Source: an uncultured Muribaculaceae bacterium (lineage in GTDB: Bacteria > Bacillota_I > Bacilli_A > RF39 > UBA660). From it: a stretch of DNA of 43,069 bases. Each line of letters begins with the position of its first letter. Positions within the stretch are counted from its first letter, which is position 1. Where the stretch lies: the NCBI GenBank assembly GCA_964371705.1, contig CAYJNH010000002.1:1-43069 (forward strand), given 5' to 3'. The position numbers and the translations under genes were made by a program. Below, piece by piece: positions 26,019 through 36,404 of this stretch. The notes under the pieces are model-generated. The model ran no database searches. It was not told where the DNA came from and saw only the letters and a list, made by a program, of their open reading frames with translations.

Positions 26019-27209
26019 ATGAAAAAATTATTAATATTTATTGTGTTATTGATAACACCCTACTGCATCAATGCTCTTGATGTAACAGCAGATAATTATA
26101 TAATGTATAATTTGACAGATGATACTGTTTTATTAGAACAAGGAGCTGAAGAAAAAATATTTGTTGCTAGTTTAACTAAAATTACAACTGCTATAGTTGC
26201 TATAGAAAATATAGATAACTTAGATGAAGAAATAACAATAACCAGTAAAGATTTAGAAGGATTACTTGCTGCTAATGCAACTGTTGCTGGATTTAAAGTT
26301 GGCCAAACTGTTACTTATAGAGATTTACTTTATGGGTTAATGTTGCCTAGTGGTGCAGATGCAGCTCAAGCACTGGCATATAACATTGCAGGTTCTAACG
26401 ATGCATTTGTTAGGCTTATGAATGAATTCGTACAAAATTTGAATATAACTACAACAAATTTTACTAATACTACTGGTTTACATCATGATGATAATTATTC
26501 AACTGTCAAAGATGTATCCATTATATTATTACATGCTTTAAATAATGAAAACTTCAAGGAAATATTTACAGCTACTACATATCTAACAAGTGATAAAAAA
26601 TTCACATTTCGAAATAGTTATTCTAGTATAATTAATAATTATGAATTAAATAATGATTATATAAATGGAGCTAAAACAGGTTTTACTGATCAAGCAGGAT
26701 ATTGTTTAGCTAGTATCGGTTCATATAATGATTTGAACTATCTTTTAATAACAGCAGGTTCTGATTATGAAACTAAAGAACCTAATCATCTTATAGATTC
26801 TATTACCATTTATGATTATGTGGCTGCTAATTTTGACTATATTACAGTTCATAAAAAAGGCGATATAATTGATTATATAGACACTAAATATTCAAAAAAA
26901 GTACAATACAATATTGTTGCTGATAGTGATTATTCATTATATACTCATGCTGATAATAATAAAAATGATTTTACATATAGTTATACAGGAGAGGAAGTTA
27001 TAGATCCTAGTTTTTCAGAAAAGAAAATTGGAGTTGTTACAATTTCCTATAACGGAAATGAACTAGATAGTTTTGATGTCGTTTATGATGGATCGTTAGA
27101 GTACTCTATCGAAGGTTTAATCAATATTTACTGGCAATATATTCTTGGCGGTGGAATATTCTTATTTATATTAATGATTGTTTTAATAAAAAGAAAAAAG
27201 CGTAATTAA
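26019..27209 (+). CDS. D-alanyl-D-alanine carboxypeptidase (S11, PBP5-type) with C-terminal membrane anchor
   Basis: A signal peptide, SxxK (VASLTKI), an SxN-like LPSGADAA and KTG (AKTGFT). The C-terminal TM segment GGGIFLFILMIVLI is followed by KRKKRN. Confidence 0.85.
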   Translation: MKKLLIFIVLLITPYCINALDVTADNYIMYNLTDDTVLLEQGAEEKIFVASLTKITTAIVAIENIDNLDEEITITSKDLEGLLAANATVAGFKVGQTVTYRDLLYGLMLPSGADAAQALAYNIAGSNDAFVRLMNEFVQNLNITTTNFTNTTGLHHDDNYSTVKDVSIILLHALNNENFKEIFTATTYLTSDKKFTFRNSYSSIINNYELNNDYINGAKTGFTDQAGYCLASIGSYNDLNYLLITAGSDYETKEPNHLIDSITIYDYVAANFDYITVHKKGDIIDYIDTKYSKKVQYNIVADSDYSLYTHADNNKNDFTYSYTGEEVIDPSFSEKKIGVVTISYNGNELDSFDVVYDGSLEYSIEGLINIYWQYILGGGIFLFILMIVLIKRKKRN

Positions 27210-27217
27210 CGCTTTTT
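27195..27217. terminator. bidirectional terminator between convergent genes
   Basis: AAAAAGCGT-aatta-ACGCTTTTTTT centred on 27204-27208. Confidence 0.7.
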
Positions 27218-27640
27218 TTATTTATTATCTTGTAACATATTCAATAAATCAATTTTAAACATATCTTTAGCTTGATTAGATTTACTAATCATTATACCTT
27301 TATATGTTGTAAGTTCTGATCTATGACCTTCTAACAAGATGTGTTCTGGTGTTATTTTTTCTAAAACAATAGTTTTTTCTTTTTTATACGCAGTATAAAC
27401 TAATTTAATATCACCGTGTATTTGTGCAAATGTTTTATCACTTGGTAATTTTAGTTCATATGTTTCACTATTATTTTTTTTATTTGAAGAAATTAATTCT
27501 CCTACTAACGTACCACTACGAAGTGATGGATAGAAATCGAAGTTGAGTTTTTTGAAAGCAAGCATATTATACTTCTTCAAAGCTCTCTCTAATTTTCTAT
27601 ATTCATTTTCGTCTATGTAGTCTAATACGAATCCTTTCAT
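27218..27640 (-). CDS. hypothetical protein (140 aa); the C-terminal half is faintly RelE/ParE-like
   Basis: Clean ORF with a GGGGGT RBS 8 nt upstream and a consensus promoter. YELKLPSDKTFAQIHGDIKLVYTAYKKEKTIVLEKI is reminiscent of the beta-sheet core of RelE/ParE-fold toxins. This is a weak impression only. Confidence 0.5.
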   Translation of the reverse strand: MKGFVLDYIDENEYRKLERALKKYNMLAFKKLNFDFYPSLRSGTLVGELISSNKKNNSETYELKLPSDKTFAQIHGDIKLVYTAYKKEKTIVLEKITPEHILLEGHRSELTTYKGIMISKSNQAKDMFKIDLLNMLQDNK

Positions 27641-27665
27641 ATATAATACCCCCTACTACAATATG

Positions 27666-27717
27666 ATTATAACATATGTGTTACATTTTGTCAAATATAT
27701 GTGATAAATATGTTACC
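27666..27717 (-). promoter_or_regulatory. consensus promoter with embedded palindrome and repeated GTAACA(C)ATAT boxes (probable operator)
   Basis: TTGACA (27694-27689), 17-nt spacer, TATAAT (27671-27666). The spacer and -10 contain the palindrome TAACA-n4-TGTTA (27683-27670). A second GTAACATAT box lies at 27717-27709, upstream of the -35. Confidence 0.65.
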
Positions 27718-27756
27718 ATCTGAATTTCAATATATCAAAATATTGCCATTTAGTCA

Positions 27757-27780
27757 ATAAAAAACGCCTATTTAAGGCAT
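27757..27780 (-). terminator. intrinsic terminator after the Smr gene
   Basis: On the minus strand: AUGCCU-uaaau-AGGCGU (one G-U pair) followed by UUUUUUAUUG. It overlaps the TAG stop. Confidence 0.55.
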
Positions 27781-28049
27781 TTTTTTAATATTACAATTGT
27801 TTCTCCCACATTCCAGCTATTTAATTTGAATTCTAATACTAGTTTGTGTTTTTTTAAAATACTATGTACTTCATTTGTTAATATATTAGTACTTTTTCCG
27901 TGAACAACTCTTATTATTTGATTATTCATTTTATAATTATCTTCAATAAATTCGTTTAACAAGGAAAAGATCATTGATACTATCTCACCATGCAAATCAA
28001 TTTTTGGTGTTTTACTGGTTAAGATTAACGGCACTTTGTGGTATAACAT
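27768..28049 (-). CDS. stand-alone Smr-domain protein
   Basis: KIDLHGE...IRVVHGKSTNILTNEVHSILKKH...GETIVILK matches the Smr LDLHG and HGKG motifs. The start overlaps the 3' end of the kinase gene: ATG 28049, or GTG 28034. Confidence 0.7.
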   Translation of the reverse strand: MLYHKVPLILTSKTPKIDLHGEIVSMIFSLLNEFIEDNYKMNNQIIRVVHGKSTNILTNEVHSILKKHKLVLEFKLNSWNVGETIVILKKCLK

Positions 28050-28968
28050 TTACAACTCCCATCTTAGAATTATAATAAGCCACAACATTGTTAATATTAG
28101 GAATACTCATTTTATTTCCCATTTGAGAACAAGATAAACCTGCTGCCACATTTGCATATCCAATAGCTTTTTCTAAATCAAAATTTTGAAGAATTCCATA
28201 CGCGAAAGCTGAATGAAATACATCTCCTGCACCTGTTGTGTCAACAACATCTACTTTAATTCCTGGCATAACTTTTATTTCGTTATTTAATAAATACATA
28301 GCTCCCATATCTTCTAATGTAACTATAATATTACTTTTATTAAATCTCTCAACTAACTTTTCATATATTGATACTAGAGTTAACGTGTTTTTAAAATCCA
28401 TTTTAATTGCAGTTAATCTTTCTGCAAAATCTTTACTTATTATTATATATTTACATAATCCGCACAAATCTAAGACTTCGGTTGTTAAATCTACAGCTGA
28501 TAAAATCGATATAGCATTTGGATTTTTTTCTAATAAATGTATACTGGCATGGTATTCGTAGCCATCTAACATTATTAAGTTTGCATCTACTTTTACATCT
28601 TCTTCTTTTTTTACATGAGGTAATGTATCGTTTGAACCAATATGAAACATAGTTCTTGATCCATTACTTCGATTTGTAATTATAAATGATGTTGATGTTG
28701 TTTTATCAAAAGCTGTTTCGAAAAAAGGTAATTTAACTCCAAACATTTCTAGTTCTTTTTTTATTTTTTCCCCATAAGAATCAGCTCCAACAGAACTAAC
28801 CAAATATGTTTCTATGCCCCATTTAGCAAGTAAACTAGCCTCATTTGCTGCTGAGCCTCCACCATTTTCGTATTTTTCATTGATAATATGTTTTGCATTT
28901 TCTTTTGGATATTCTTTAACTACGCAACTTATATCATAAGTTGTTTGGCCTACACATAATACTTTCAT
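28012..28968 (-). CDS. PfkB-family carbohydrate/nucleoside kinase (ribokinase-like)
   Basis: The N-terminal GGSAANEA segment corresponds to the PfkB GG motif. The C-terminal PfkB signature is DTTGAGDVFHSAFAYG. Confidence 0.85.
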   Translation of the reverse strand: MKVLCVGQTTYDISCVVKEYPKENAKHIINEKYENGGGSAANEASLLAKWGIETYLVSSVGADSYGEKIKKELEMFGVKLPFFETAFDKTTSTSFIITNRSNGSRTMFHIGSNDTLPHVKKEEDVKVDANLIMLDGYEYHASIHLLEKNPNAISILSAVDLTTEVLDLCGLCKYIIISKDFAERLTAIKMDFKNTLTLVSIYEKLVERFNKSNIIVTLEDMGAMYLLNNEIKVMPGIKVDVVDTTGAGDVFHSAFAYGILQNFDLEKAIGYANVAAGLSCSQMGNKMSIPNINNVVAYYNSKMGVVNVIPQSAVNLNQ

Positions 28969-29020
28969 TTATGCACCTCTTTACTCTAATTATAATTATA
29001 ATATATTTATTCAAATATTT

Positions 29021-29677
29021 CTAGTTATTTTTGATAAATTTATCTTTATTTATAATGTATAATTTATTTTTTCTACAAAATGCATAAAATATATTTTCTA
29101 TATCTAGTTTATTTTTAGCAATCTCGGTTTTTATCCACTTTTCTGTTTTACTTAATTTTTTTAATGTATCTTCTTGCAACTCACCATCTATTATTATAGG
29201 TATTGGGTAATTACCTTTATATTTGGGCGATTCATATTTAAATACAGATAATTTACCATTATTTTCTAAGAATGCATATTCCACTTCTTCAATAGATTTA
29301 ATTTGTTTTTGCCTTAAACTTAGTAATAAATCATCTAAATTATATCTTTGTTTAACCATTTCATTATAGTTAACTTTTCCACTACATATTATTAATGATG
29401 GTTTGCCATCAAATATACTTCTTATTTTTTTTGATTTCATGTTTAAATATGCAAATAATATCTCAAGCATAACTAAAATAATAGCGGGAATTATAGACAT
29501 CAACATGTTTGCATTATAATTTTCAATGCTTATCGCTACTAATTCTGCTATTAATATTGATACAATCAAATCTATTATACCCAATTGACCTACTTCTCTT
29601 TTTCCCATTATTCTATATAATACAACTATAAAAAAATAAAAAAATATAGTTCTTATACTAATAGTAAATAATTCCAT
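29021..29677 (-). CDS. DUF421 (YetF-family) membrane protein
   Basis: YRIMGKREVGQLGIIDLIVSILIAE matches the YetF-family N-terminal pattern. Trimmed to ATG 29677, with AGGTGA 5 nt upstream. Confidence 0.78.
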   Translation of the reverse strand: MELFTISIRTIFFYFFIVVLYRIMGKREVGQLGIIDLIVSILIAELVAISIENYNANMLMSIIPAIILVMLEILFAYLNMKSKKIRSIFDGKPSLIICSGKVNYNEMVKQRYNLDDLLLSLRQKQIKSIEEVEYAFLENNGKLSVFKYESPKYKGNYPIPIIIDGELQEDTLKKLSKTEKWIKTEIAKNKLDIENIFYAFCRKNKLYIINKDKFIKNN

Positions 29678-29750
29678 ATTTATCACCTACTTATATATTG
29701 ATTTAATAATATTATTTTTATTCATGCATATCTTTTATTAGGTGATTTAT

Positions 29751-30116
29751 TTGAAAAAGTTCCATCCTTACATTAAAAATTTTGGTTTATTTATTTCAGG
29801 GGAAATATTTATAGTGTTTATTTGCAGTTTACTAAATATAATGGGGTTATCTACTAGTATTACTACTATTTTTTTGCTTATTTTAAATGTTCTTTTGTTT
29901 ATATTATTTGGATTTAAAAGTGGTAATAGATCTGTAAAGAAAGGTTATATAACTGGTTTTCTAACTGGATTTATATTATTATTATTTCTCTATTTAATAA
30001 ATATATTATTTTTAAAAGGCGAATTTAATATTAATCAATTTATATACTATCTTATTTTAATATTATCATCTACTTTTGGGGGAATGCTTGGAAAAGCTAA
30101 AAAAGTAGAAAAATAA
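29751..30116 (+). CDS. small multi-pass membrane protein
   Basis: Four hydrophobic segments and a Lys-rich C-terminus. A TTG start at 29751, 5 nt after AGGTGA (29740-29745), is preferred over the ORF-track GTG at 29742. Confidence 0.5.
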   Translation: MKKFHPYIKNFGLFISGEIFIVFICSLLNIMGLSTSITTIFLLILNVLLFILFGFKSGNRSVKKGYITGFLTGFILLLFLYLINILFLKGEFNINQFIYYLILILSSTFGGMLGKAKKVEK

Positions 30117-30141
30117 AATGTACTTAATAAGTACATTTTTT
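30111..30141. terminator. bidirectional terminator between convergent genes
   Basis: 8-bp stem ATGTACTT / AAGTACAT (30118-30125 / 30129-30136) flanked by A-rich and T-rich runs. It overlaps the last codons of the minus-strand ORF. Confidence 0.65.
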
Positions 30142-31032
30142 ATATCTAGTATTTGGTGTGTTTATAGGATATTTTTCATTATATCTTCGTGTCATTATTT
30201 CATGTTTGTTGATTAAAGTTTTATAACTTTTTAATTCATGAGGGCATGCTACTGCTTTCATATCAAATTTTAAAAAATCAAATAATGTTAATATATTATT
30301 ACTAAATAAAATAGTTTTTTCATTACTATCAAACGGAAATTTATCTATACTTTCATGAATAGCTAATTCAGGATCATCGTTAAATCTTGCCATGGTTTCT
30401 TCATCAATATATTTAAAACCATACTTAACTGCTATTTCTTTAAAAGCTATAAATGTTTTTTCTCCAGACCATTCCCATAATTGTATAAGAGGAGTCATCT
30501 TCAATTCATACATTGTATATATATTATTTCTTTCTAGTATATTTTTAACAAAATTGTTATCTATTTCATTGTATGGTATTTCTATATCTAATTCATTTTC
30601 TTGAATTGGAACAAGAAAATCTTCTGGAATATTTAATATACTTAGTTTCTTTTTGATTAATTTAACTTGAGTTAAATGTATTTTATATTTTCCGTTTAAT
30701 AATTTATTACTTGTACTTAAAAACTTTCCTACAGTATGTAAATTATATTTTCTCAAATGTAAATATAGATCATATGATATATCAAAATGTAATAAATTTA
30801 AATTAAGTTTTTTATTAACATCGAGTTTTATTATATTTTCTCTTGTGTAATAAAATAACAAATTTTTTTCTTCTAACCTGTCTTGAAGAATTTTGAATGT
30901 TTTATCACCCATTTTTCTTAAAGATTTTATAAGTGGTATTGGCAAATAAATTAATTCATCTAAACTTTTTAAATATATATCGTATTTATTTTTAAGTTCA
31001 TCTAATATTCTTTGTTCATTAATTAATTCCAT
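30124..31032 (-). CDS. hypothetical protein built of 3-4 RNA-polymerase-alpha-CTD-like helix-hairpin-helix repeats
   Basis: Trimmed to ATG 31032 (GGAGAT upstream). The repeated pattern is LHFDISYDLYLHLRKYNLHTVGKFL..., IDNNFVKNILERNNIYTMYELKMTPLIQL..., and FDSNEKTILFSNNILTLFDFLKFD... These resemble the L-x-L-S-x-R-x-x-N-x-L-x-x-x-x-I-x-T-V-x-D-L unit of the alpha-CTD. Confidence 0.5.
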   Translation of the reverse strand: MELINEQRILDELKNKYDIYLKSLDELIYLPIPLIKSLRKMGDKTFKILQDRLEEKNLLFYYTRENIIKLDVNKKLNLNLLHFDISYDLYLHLRKYNLHTVGKFLSTSNKLLNGKYKIHLTQVKLIKKKLSILNIPEDFLVPIQENELDIEIPYNEIDNNFVKNILERNNIYTMYELKMTPLIQLWEWSGEKTFIAFKEIAVKYGFKYIDEETMARFNDDPELAIHESIDKFPFDSNEKTILFSNNILTLFDFLKFDMKAVACPHELKSYKTLINKHEIMTRRYNEKYPINTPNTRYKKCTY

Positions 31033-31082
31033 AATATCTCCTGACGAACAACATTGTAACACATTTATTACATTTATGCAAA

Positions 31083-32505
<1,423 letters not shown>

Positions 32506-32512
32506 TTATATC

Positions 32513-32542
32513 ATAAAAAAATAGAATAAATAAGCATTCTAT
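32513..32542 (-). terminator. intrinsic terminator after the Fic gene
   Basis: On the minus strand: ATAGAAT-gcttattt-ATTCTAT (32542-32536 / 32527-32521) followed by TTTTTTT. It overlaps the TAG stop. Confidence 0.55.
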
Positions 32543-33360
32543 TTTTTTTCTCCAATTTTTCTTTGATAATTATCTTGTAATCTAGGATCCAATTCTAATA
32601 TTGAATCACAAATTTTATATAAATAAAACTGATTTATATAACTGTAGTCTTGTTGACTTATCGCTGTGTTCATTGCTCTATGATACTCTTTTTTTTCATT
32701 TACCACTACATAAACTGGTGGTATTTTAGCCAATTTAAATAAAACATTTAAAAAAGCTCTAGACGTTCTTCCATTACCATCTGAAAATGGATGTATTCTT
32801 ATTAACTCACATTTTAATTTTATACATTTATTTATATATTCAAAAATTTGATTAATATCATTAGATTTGCCCAGTAATAATCCTTCATTAACTAAATCAT
32901 TTGTGCTATTATATAACATTGCAATTTTTTGAGGAATTATTTGATAACACTCTGTTTCAATTGTACTTCCTTCTAAATATGTTTCAATATCTCTTAGCTT
33001 ACCACCAAATTCAGGATGAGGACACTTAGAATATAAAATTTGATGTAACTTCATAGTCAAGTAAATATTAATATCTTTTTGAGCTAAATATGATTGAATA
33101 TGATCATATACTTTACCTAAACCTAAAATTTCTTTTTCTTCATGAACATTTTCTAACTTACTTTCGTTTTCAATATATTTTTCTCTAAATGAATTAAATA
33201 TATCTTCAAAAACAGGATTTTCTATGTACATATAATAATTTTCTAATACCTTCTGTGGAATATTATCAAAATCATAAAGATTTCCAGAATCTTTTCTGTT
33301 TTTATATCCATCAAAAATAGCTTGGATATATTTAATTTTTTCCATTTTATTTAACTCCAT
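32539..33360 (-). CDS. Fic-family protein (probable AMPylase)
   Basis: Canonical Fic motif HPFSDGNGRTSR, matching HxFx(D/E)GNGRxxR. An AAAGGAG RBS is present. Confidence 0.85.
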   Translation of the reverse strand: MELNKMEKIKYIQAIFDGYKNRKDSGNLYDFDNIPQKVLENYYMYIENPVFEDIFNSFREKYIENESKLENVHEEKEILGLGKVYDHIQSYLAQKDINIYLTMKLHQILYSKCPHPEFGGKLRDIETYLEGSTIETECYQIIPQKIAMLYNSTNDLVNEGLLLGKSNDINQIFEYINKCIKLKCELIRIHPFSDGNGRTSRAFLNVLFKLAKIPPVYVVVNEKKEYHRAMNTAISQQDYSYINQFYLYKICDSILELDPRLQDNYQRKIGEKK

Positions 33361-33417
33361 TCTAATATCTCCTTTGCAAATTATAATATCACTTTTGTAT
33401 CACAATTGCAACATTTA

Positions 33418-34443
33418 TTATTTTTTTATAAACATAGCATCACCAAAGGAAAAAAATCTATATTTGTTTTTTTTCGCATAACTATATGCATTCATTATAT
33501 TGTCTTTACTAGATAATGCGCTAACTAACATTAAAAGTGTACTTTTTGGTAAATGAAAATTAGTTATTAGACTATCTACTGCTTTAAATTTATAACCAGG
33601 ATATATAAATATGTCTGTTTCTTCTTCACACTCTTTAAATTCACCATACTTAGTCATAATAGACTCTAATGTTCTTAAACTTGTTGTACCTACTGAAATT
33701 ATATTTTTACCTAAAGCTTTTGCTTCATTCAACTTATCAGCTACTTCACTGGTCATTTTATAACTTTCTGTATGCATTTTATGTTCAAGTACATTATCAA
33801 CTTCAACAGGTCTAAAAGTTCCTAGACCAACGTGAAGTGTTACATAACATATTTCTACACCTTTACTTTTAATTTTTGCTAATAACTCATCAGTAAAATG
33901 TAATCCTGCTGTTGGAGCTGCTGCTGAACCTAATTCTTTAGCGTATACTGTTTGATATCTATCTTTATCAGAAAGTTTTTCGTGTATATAAGGTGGCAAT
34001 GGCATACTACCTAATTTTTCTAAAATTTCTATAAATATACCTTCATATATAAATCTTATGTTTGTTACACCTTCATCTAACTTTTCTAAAACTTCTGCTT
34101 TTAAATCTTCACCAAATTTAATTATAGTTCCTATTTTCAATCTTTTTTGAGGTTTAGTTAAACACTGCCATAAATCGCCTTCCATATTCTTAAGTAATAA
34201 AACTTCAATAACTGCACCAGTTTCTTCTTTAATACCTATAATTCTAGCAGGCATCACTTTTGTATCATTTAAAACTAATACATCATTTTCATTAAGTTCA
34301 TTAATTATATTTTCAAAAATAGTTTCTTTTAATTCGCCACTTGTTTTATCCATAATTAAAAGTCTAGATTTTTCTCTATTTAAAAGAGGAACCTGAGCAA
34401 TTAACTCTTCTGGTAATTCATAATTGTAATCGTTTGTATTCAT
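33418..34443 (-). CDS. queA: S-adenosylmethionine:tRNA ribosyltransferase-isomerase
   Basis: [43 protein letters not shown] and [11 protein letters not shown] are QueA hallmarks. Confidence 0.96.
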   Translation of the reverse strand: MNTNDYNYELPEELIAQVPLLNREKSRLLIMDKTSGELKETIFENIINELNENDVLVLNDTKVMPARIIGIKEETGAVIEVLLLKNMEGDLWQCLTKPQKRLKIGTIIKFGEDLKAEVLEKLDEGVTNIRFIYEGIFIEILEKLGSMPLPPYIHEKLSDKDRYQTVYAKELGSAAAPTAGLHFTDELLAKIKSKGVEICYVTLHVGLGTFRPVEVDNVLEHKMHTESYKMTSEVADKLNEAKALGKNIISVGTTSLRTLESIMTKYGEFKECEEETDIFIYPGYKFKAVDSLITNFHLPKSTLLMLVSALSSKDNIMNAYSYAKKNKYRFFSFGDAMFIKK

Positions 34444-34497
34444 TTAAACACTTCTTTCAAACATTATTTTATCATATAATAAAAAAAAGTAAATTAA

Positions 34498-35202
34498 TTA
34501 CTTTTTATTTTTAATTCTTTCATTGCTCGCGATAAAGTTTTTTACACTATTATAAACATTTTCGTGTATAACATCAATAGGTTTTGCTACATCATTTTCT
34601 GCACACTCTATAGTTGTAAATCCGAACTTTTCGGCCATATATACATATGTTGCTTCTGCTTTTCTTAAATGGGATTCGTTGCTTTCCAGTTCATCTAATT
34701 TTTCATTGCGCTTTTCTCTTAGTGGAACTGCTGCTTCGTACGGCATATGTAAAAATACTGTTATATCTGGTTTTGGAAGTTCTAATAAATCATATTCTAG
34801 TTTAGCAATGAAATTTATTATTTCTTTTGTTTCTTCTTCATTTGCTGCCTTACAACCTTGATGTCCCATATTAGATATAGTATATCTATCTAGTAAAACT
34901 AAATCATTTTCTTCTAGCGCCTTATTTATGTTTGCAATGTTATATAGTCTATCTGCTGCATAATAAAGTGATGCAACTTTAGGATCAACTTCTGCAGCAC
35001 CTTCCTTAAACCAACCTTTACATATATGTTCTTTTCCTAAATATGGACCACCAATTATTTTCCCTGTTGGAGAATCGTAATTTGGAAAAGAAAATTTTGA
35101 CACTTTATATCCTTCCTCTGTTAATCTATTCAATAACAAATTTGTTTGTGTTTCTTTTCCTGAACAATCTGTTCCGTCTACTACTAATAATTTACCTTTC
35201 AT
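34498..35202 (-). CDS. tmk: thymidylate (dTMP) kinase
   Basis: P-loop DGTDCSGKETQ, FSFPNYDSPTGKII, YAADR, the LLDRY DR(Y) motif, PDITVFL and a lid-like REKRNEKLDELE. Confidence 0.8.
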   Translation of the reverse strand: MKGKLLVVDGTDCSGKETQTNLLLNRLTEEGYKVSKFSFPNYDSPTGKIIGGPYLGKEHICKGWFKEGAAEVDPKVASLYYAADRLYNIANINKALEENDLVLLDRYTISNMGHQGCKAANEEETKEIINFIAKLEYDLLELPKPDITVFLHMPYEAAVPLREKRNEKLDELESNESHLRKAEATYVYMAEKFGFTTIECAENDVAKPIDVIHENVYNSVKNFIASNERIKNKK

Positions 35203-35204
35203 AA

Positions 35205-36386
35205 TTACACCTTTCTTGTTAATTGTATTCCTTCTTTGAATTTACAACTTTTAGCACATTTATAATCAGGAAAAGTACATCTTGCTCCTTTTGTATAAGG
35301 TAAAAGTTCATTATATAATATTTCATCTTCTTCTTTGTAAGCCTCTAAAGCCTTATCAATAGTAATTTTTGTTTGATCAGCAACTTCTAACTGGGCAGCT
35401 GAACATAATCTTTCTTTTGCTTTTAAAATTAATTTATCTAAAGAACCCTTTTCATTAATGAGTATTAACTCCCCTTGTGGCACTAAATGAGAAACTTTCT
35501 CCATATCATTTAACCATTCTTTAACTAGCTTTGGTTTTTTTTCTAAAAACGGAGGAACAAAATATCTTTTTTCTTCTAAAAACATCATACTATATTCAAT
35601 AGTTCTATGTCTCATACATTGCCCAAAATGAGCTGGAGTACCTAAATAACTAGTTGAATAAGTTTCACTAAAACTATCCTCCACTTTTCTAGAAGCAAAG
35701 ATTGATAAACTCCTATCTTTACGATTAGATTTACCTCTTTCATCTATTAAATTTAGTCTTTCACACTCGCTTATAAACTCTTTAAAATCTTCACATAATT
35801 TTTTATCAAAATATGTATCTTTCGCATTTACTATGTATTTTTCCATAAATGATACAATTCTGTTAAGCTGTACCCATGGAACTGTGTAAATCATTTGCAT
35901 TGGCGTAAATACTGATGCTAGGTACCTTGCATTTTCTTGTGCTAATTTTCTTATTTTTATATCGTCATGAATATAACCATATTGCTCTTTTATTTCTTTT
36001 GCAAAAATGTCTAACCATTTTGTGTAAAGATTTGCTTCAAGATCTGATATTAATTTTTCTATATTTGTATATCTAGCAGACTTTTCACTTGTCGAGCATT
36101 GCCTTTCGTTATTTAAAACCATTGCAAGCATTTTGCTTACATTAGATATTTCAAAACCTATATTAATATGTTCATATGGAGTTGAATGTTCTAAAGCTAA
36201 TGTAAAATTTAATCTTCTTAAAGATGCATCATCTTCTTCGTTTTTAAGTTTAGAATATCCTTCAGTTGAATAACATTCACCTGCTAGTTTAGCAGAGTAT
36301 AATAAAGCCTTCTCTTTATCAAAAGTACCATCTTCCTTTAAAAAAGGTGTGTGTGGTAAAAGTTCTATTTTTAATTTTTTATTCAT
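35205..36386 (-). CDS. thyX: ThyX-like FAD-dependent thymidylate synthase, long internally duplicated form
   Basis: The N-terminal half reads EHSTPYEHINIGFEISNVS....NERQCSTSEKSARY. This aligns with the Thermotoga ThyX segment HETPFEHIVFTF....RHRIASYNELSGRY. The second half reads GQCMRHRTIEYS...RYFVPP...ERLCSAAQLEV. At 393 aa it is well above the 220-250 aa of canonical ThyX. Confidence 0.65.
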   Translation of the reverse strand: MNKKLKIELLPHTPFLKEDGTFDKEKALLYSAKLAGECYSTEGYSKLKNEEDDASLRRLNFTLALEHSTPYEHINIGFEISNVSKMLAMVLNNERQCSTSEKSARYTNIEKLISDLEANLYTKWLDIFAKEIKEQYGYIHDDIKIRKLAQENARYLASVFTPMQMIYTVPWVQLNRIVSFMEKYIVNAKDTYFDKKLCEDFKEFISECERLNLIDERGKSNRKDRSLSIFASRKVEDSFSETYSTSYLGTPAHFGQCMRHRTIEYSMMFLEEKRYFVPPFLEKKPKLVKEWLNDMEKVSHLVPQGELILINEKGSLDKLILKAKERLCSAAQLEVADQTKITIDKALEAYKEEDEILYNELLPYTKGARCTFPDYKCAKSCKFKEGIQLTRKV

Positions 36387-36404
36387 TTTACTTCCTCTTT
36401 CATA

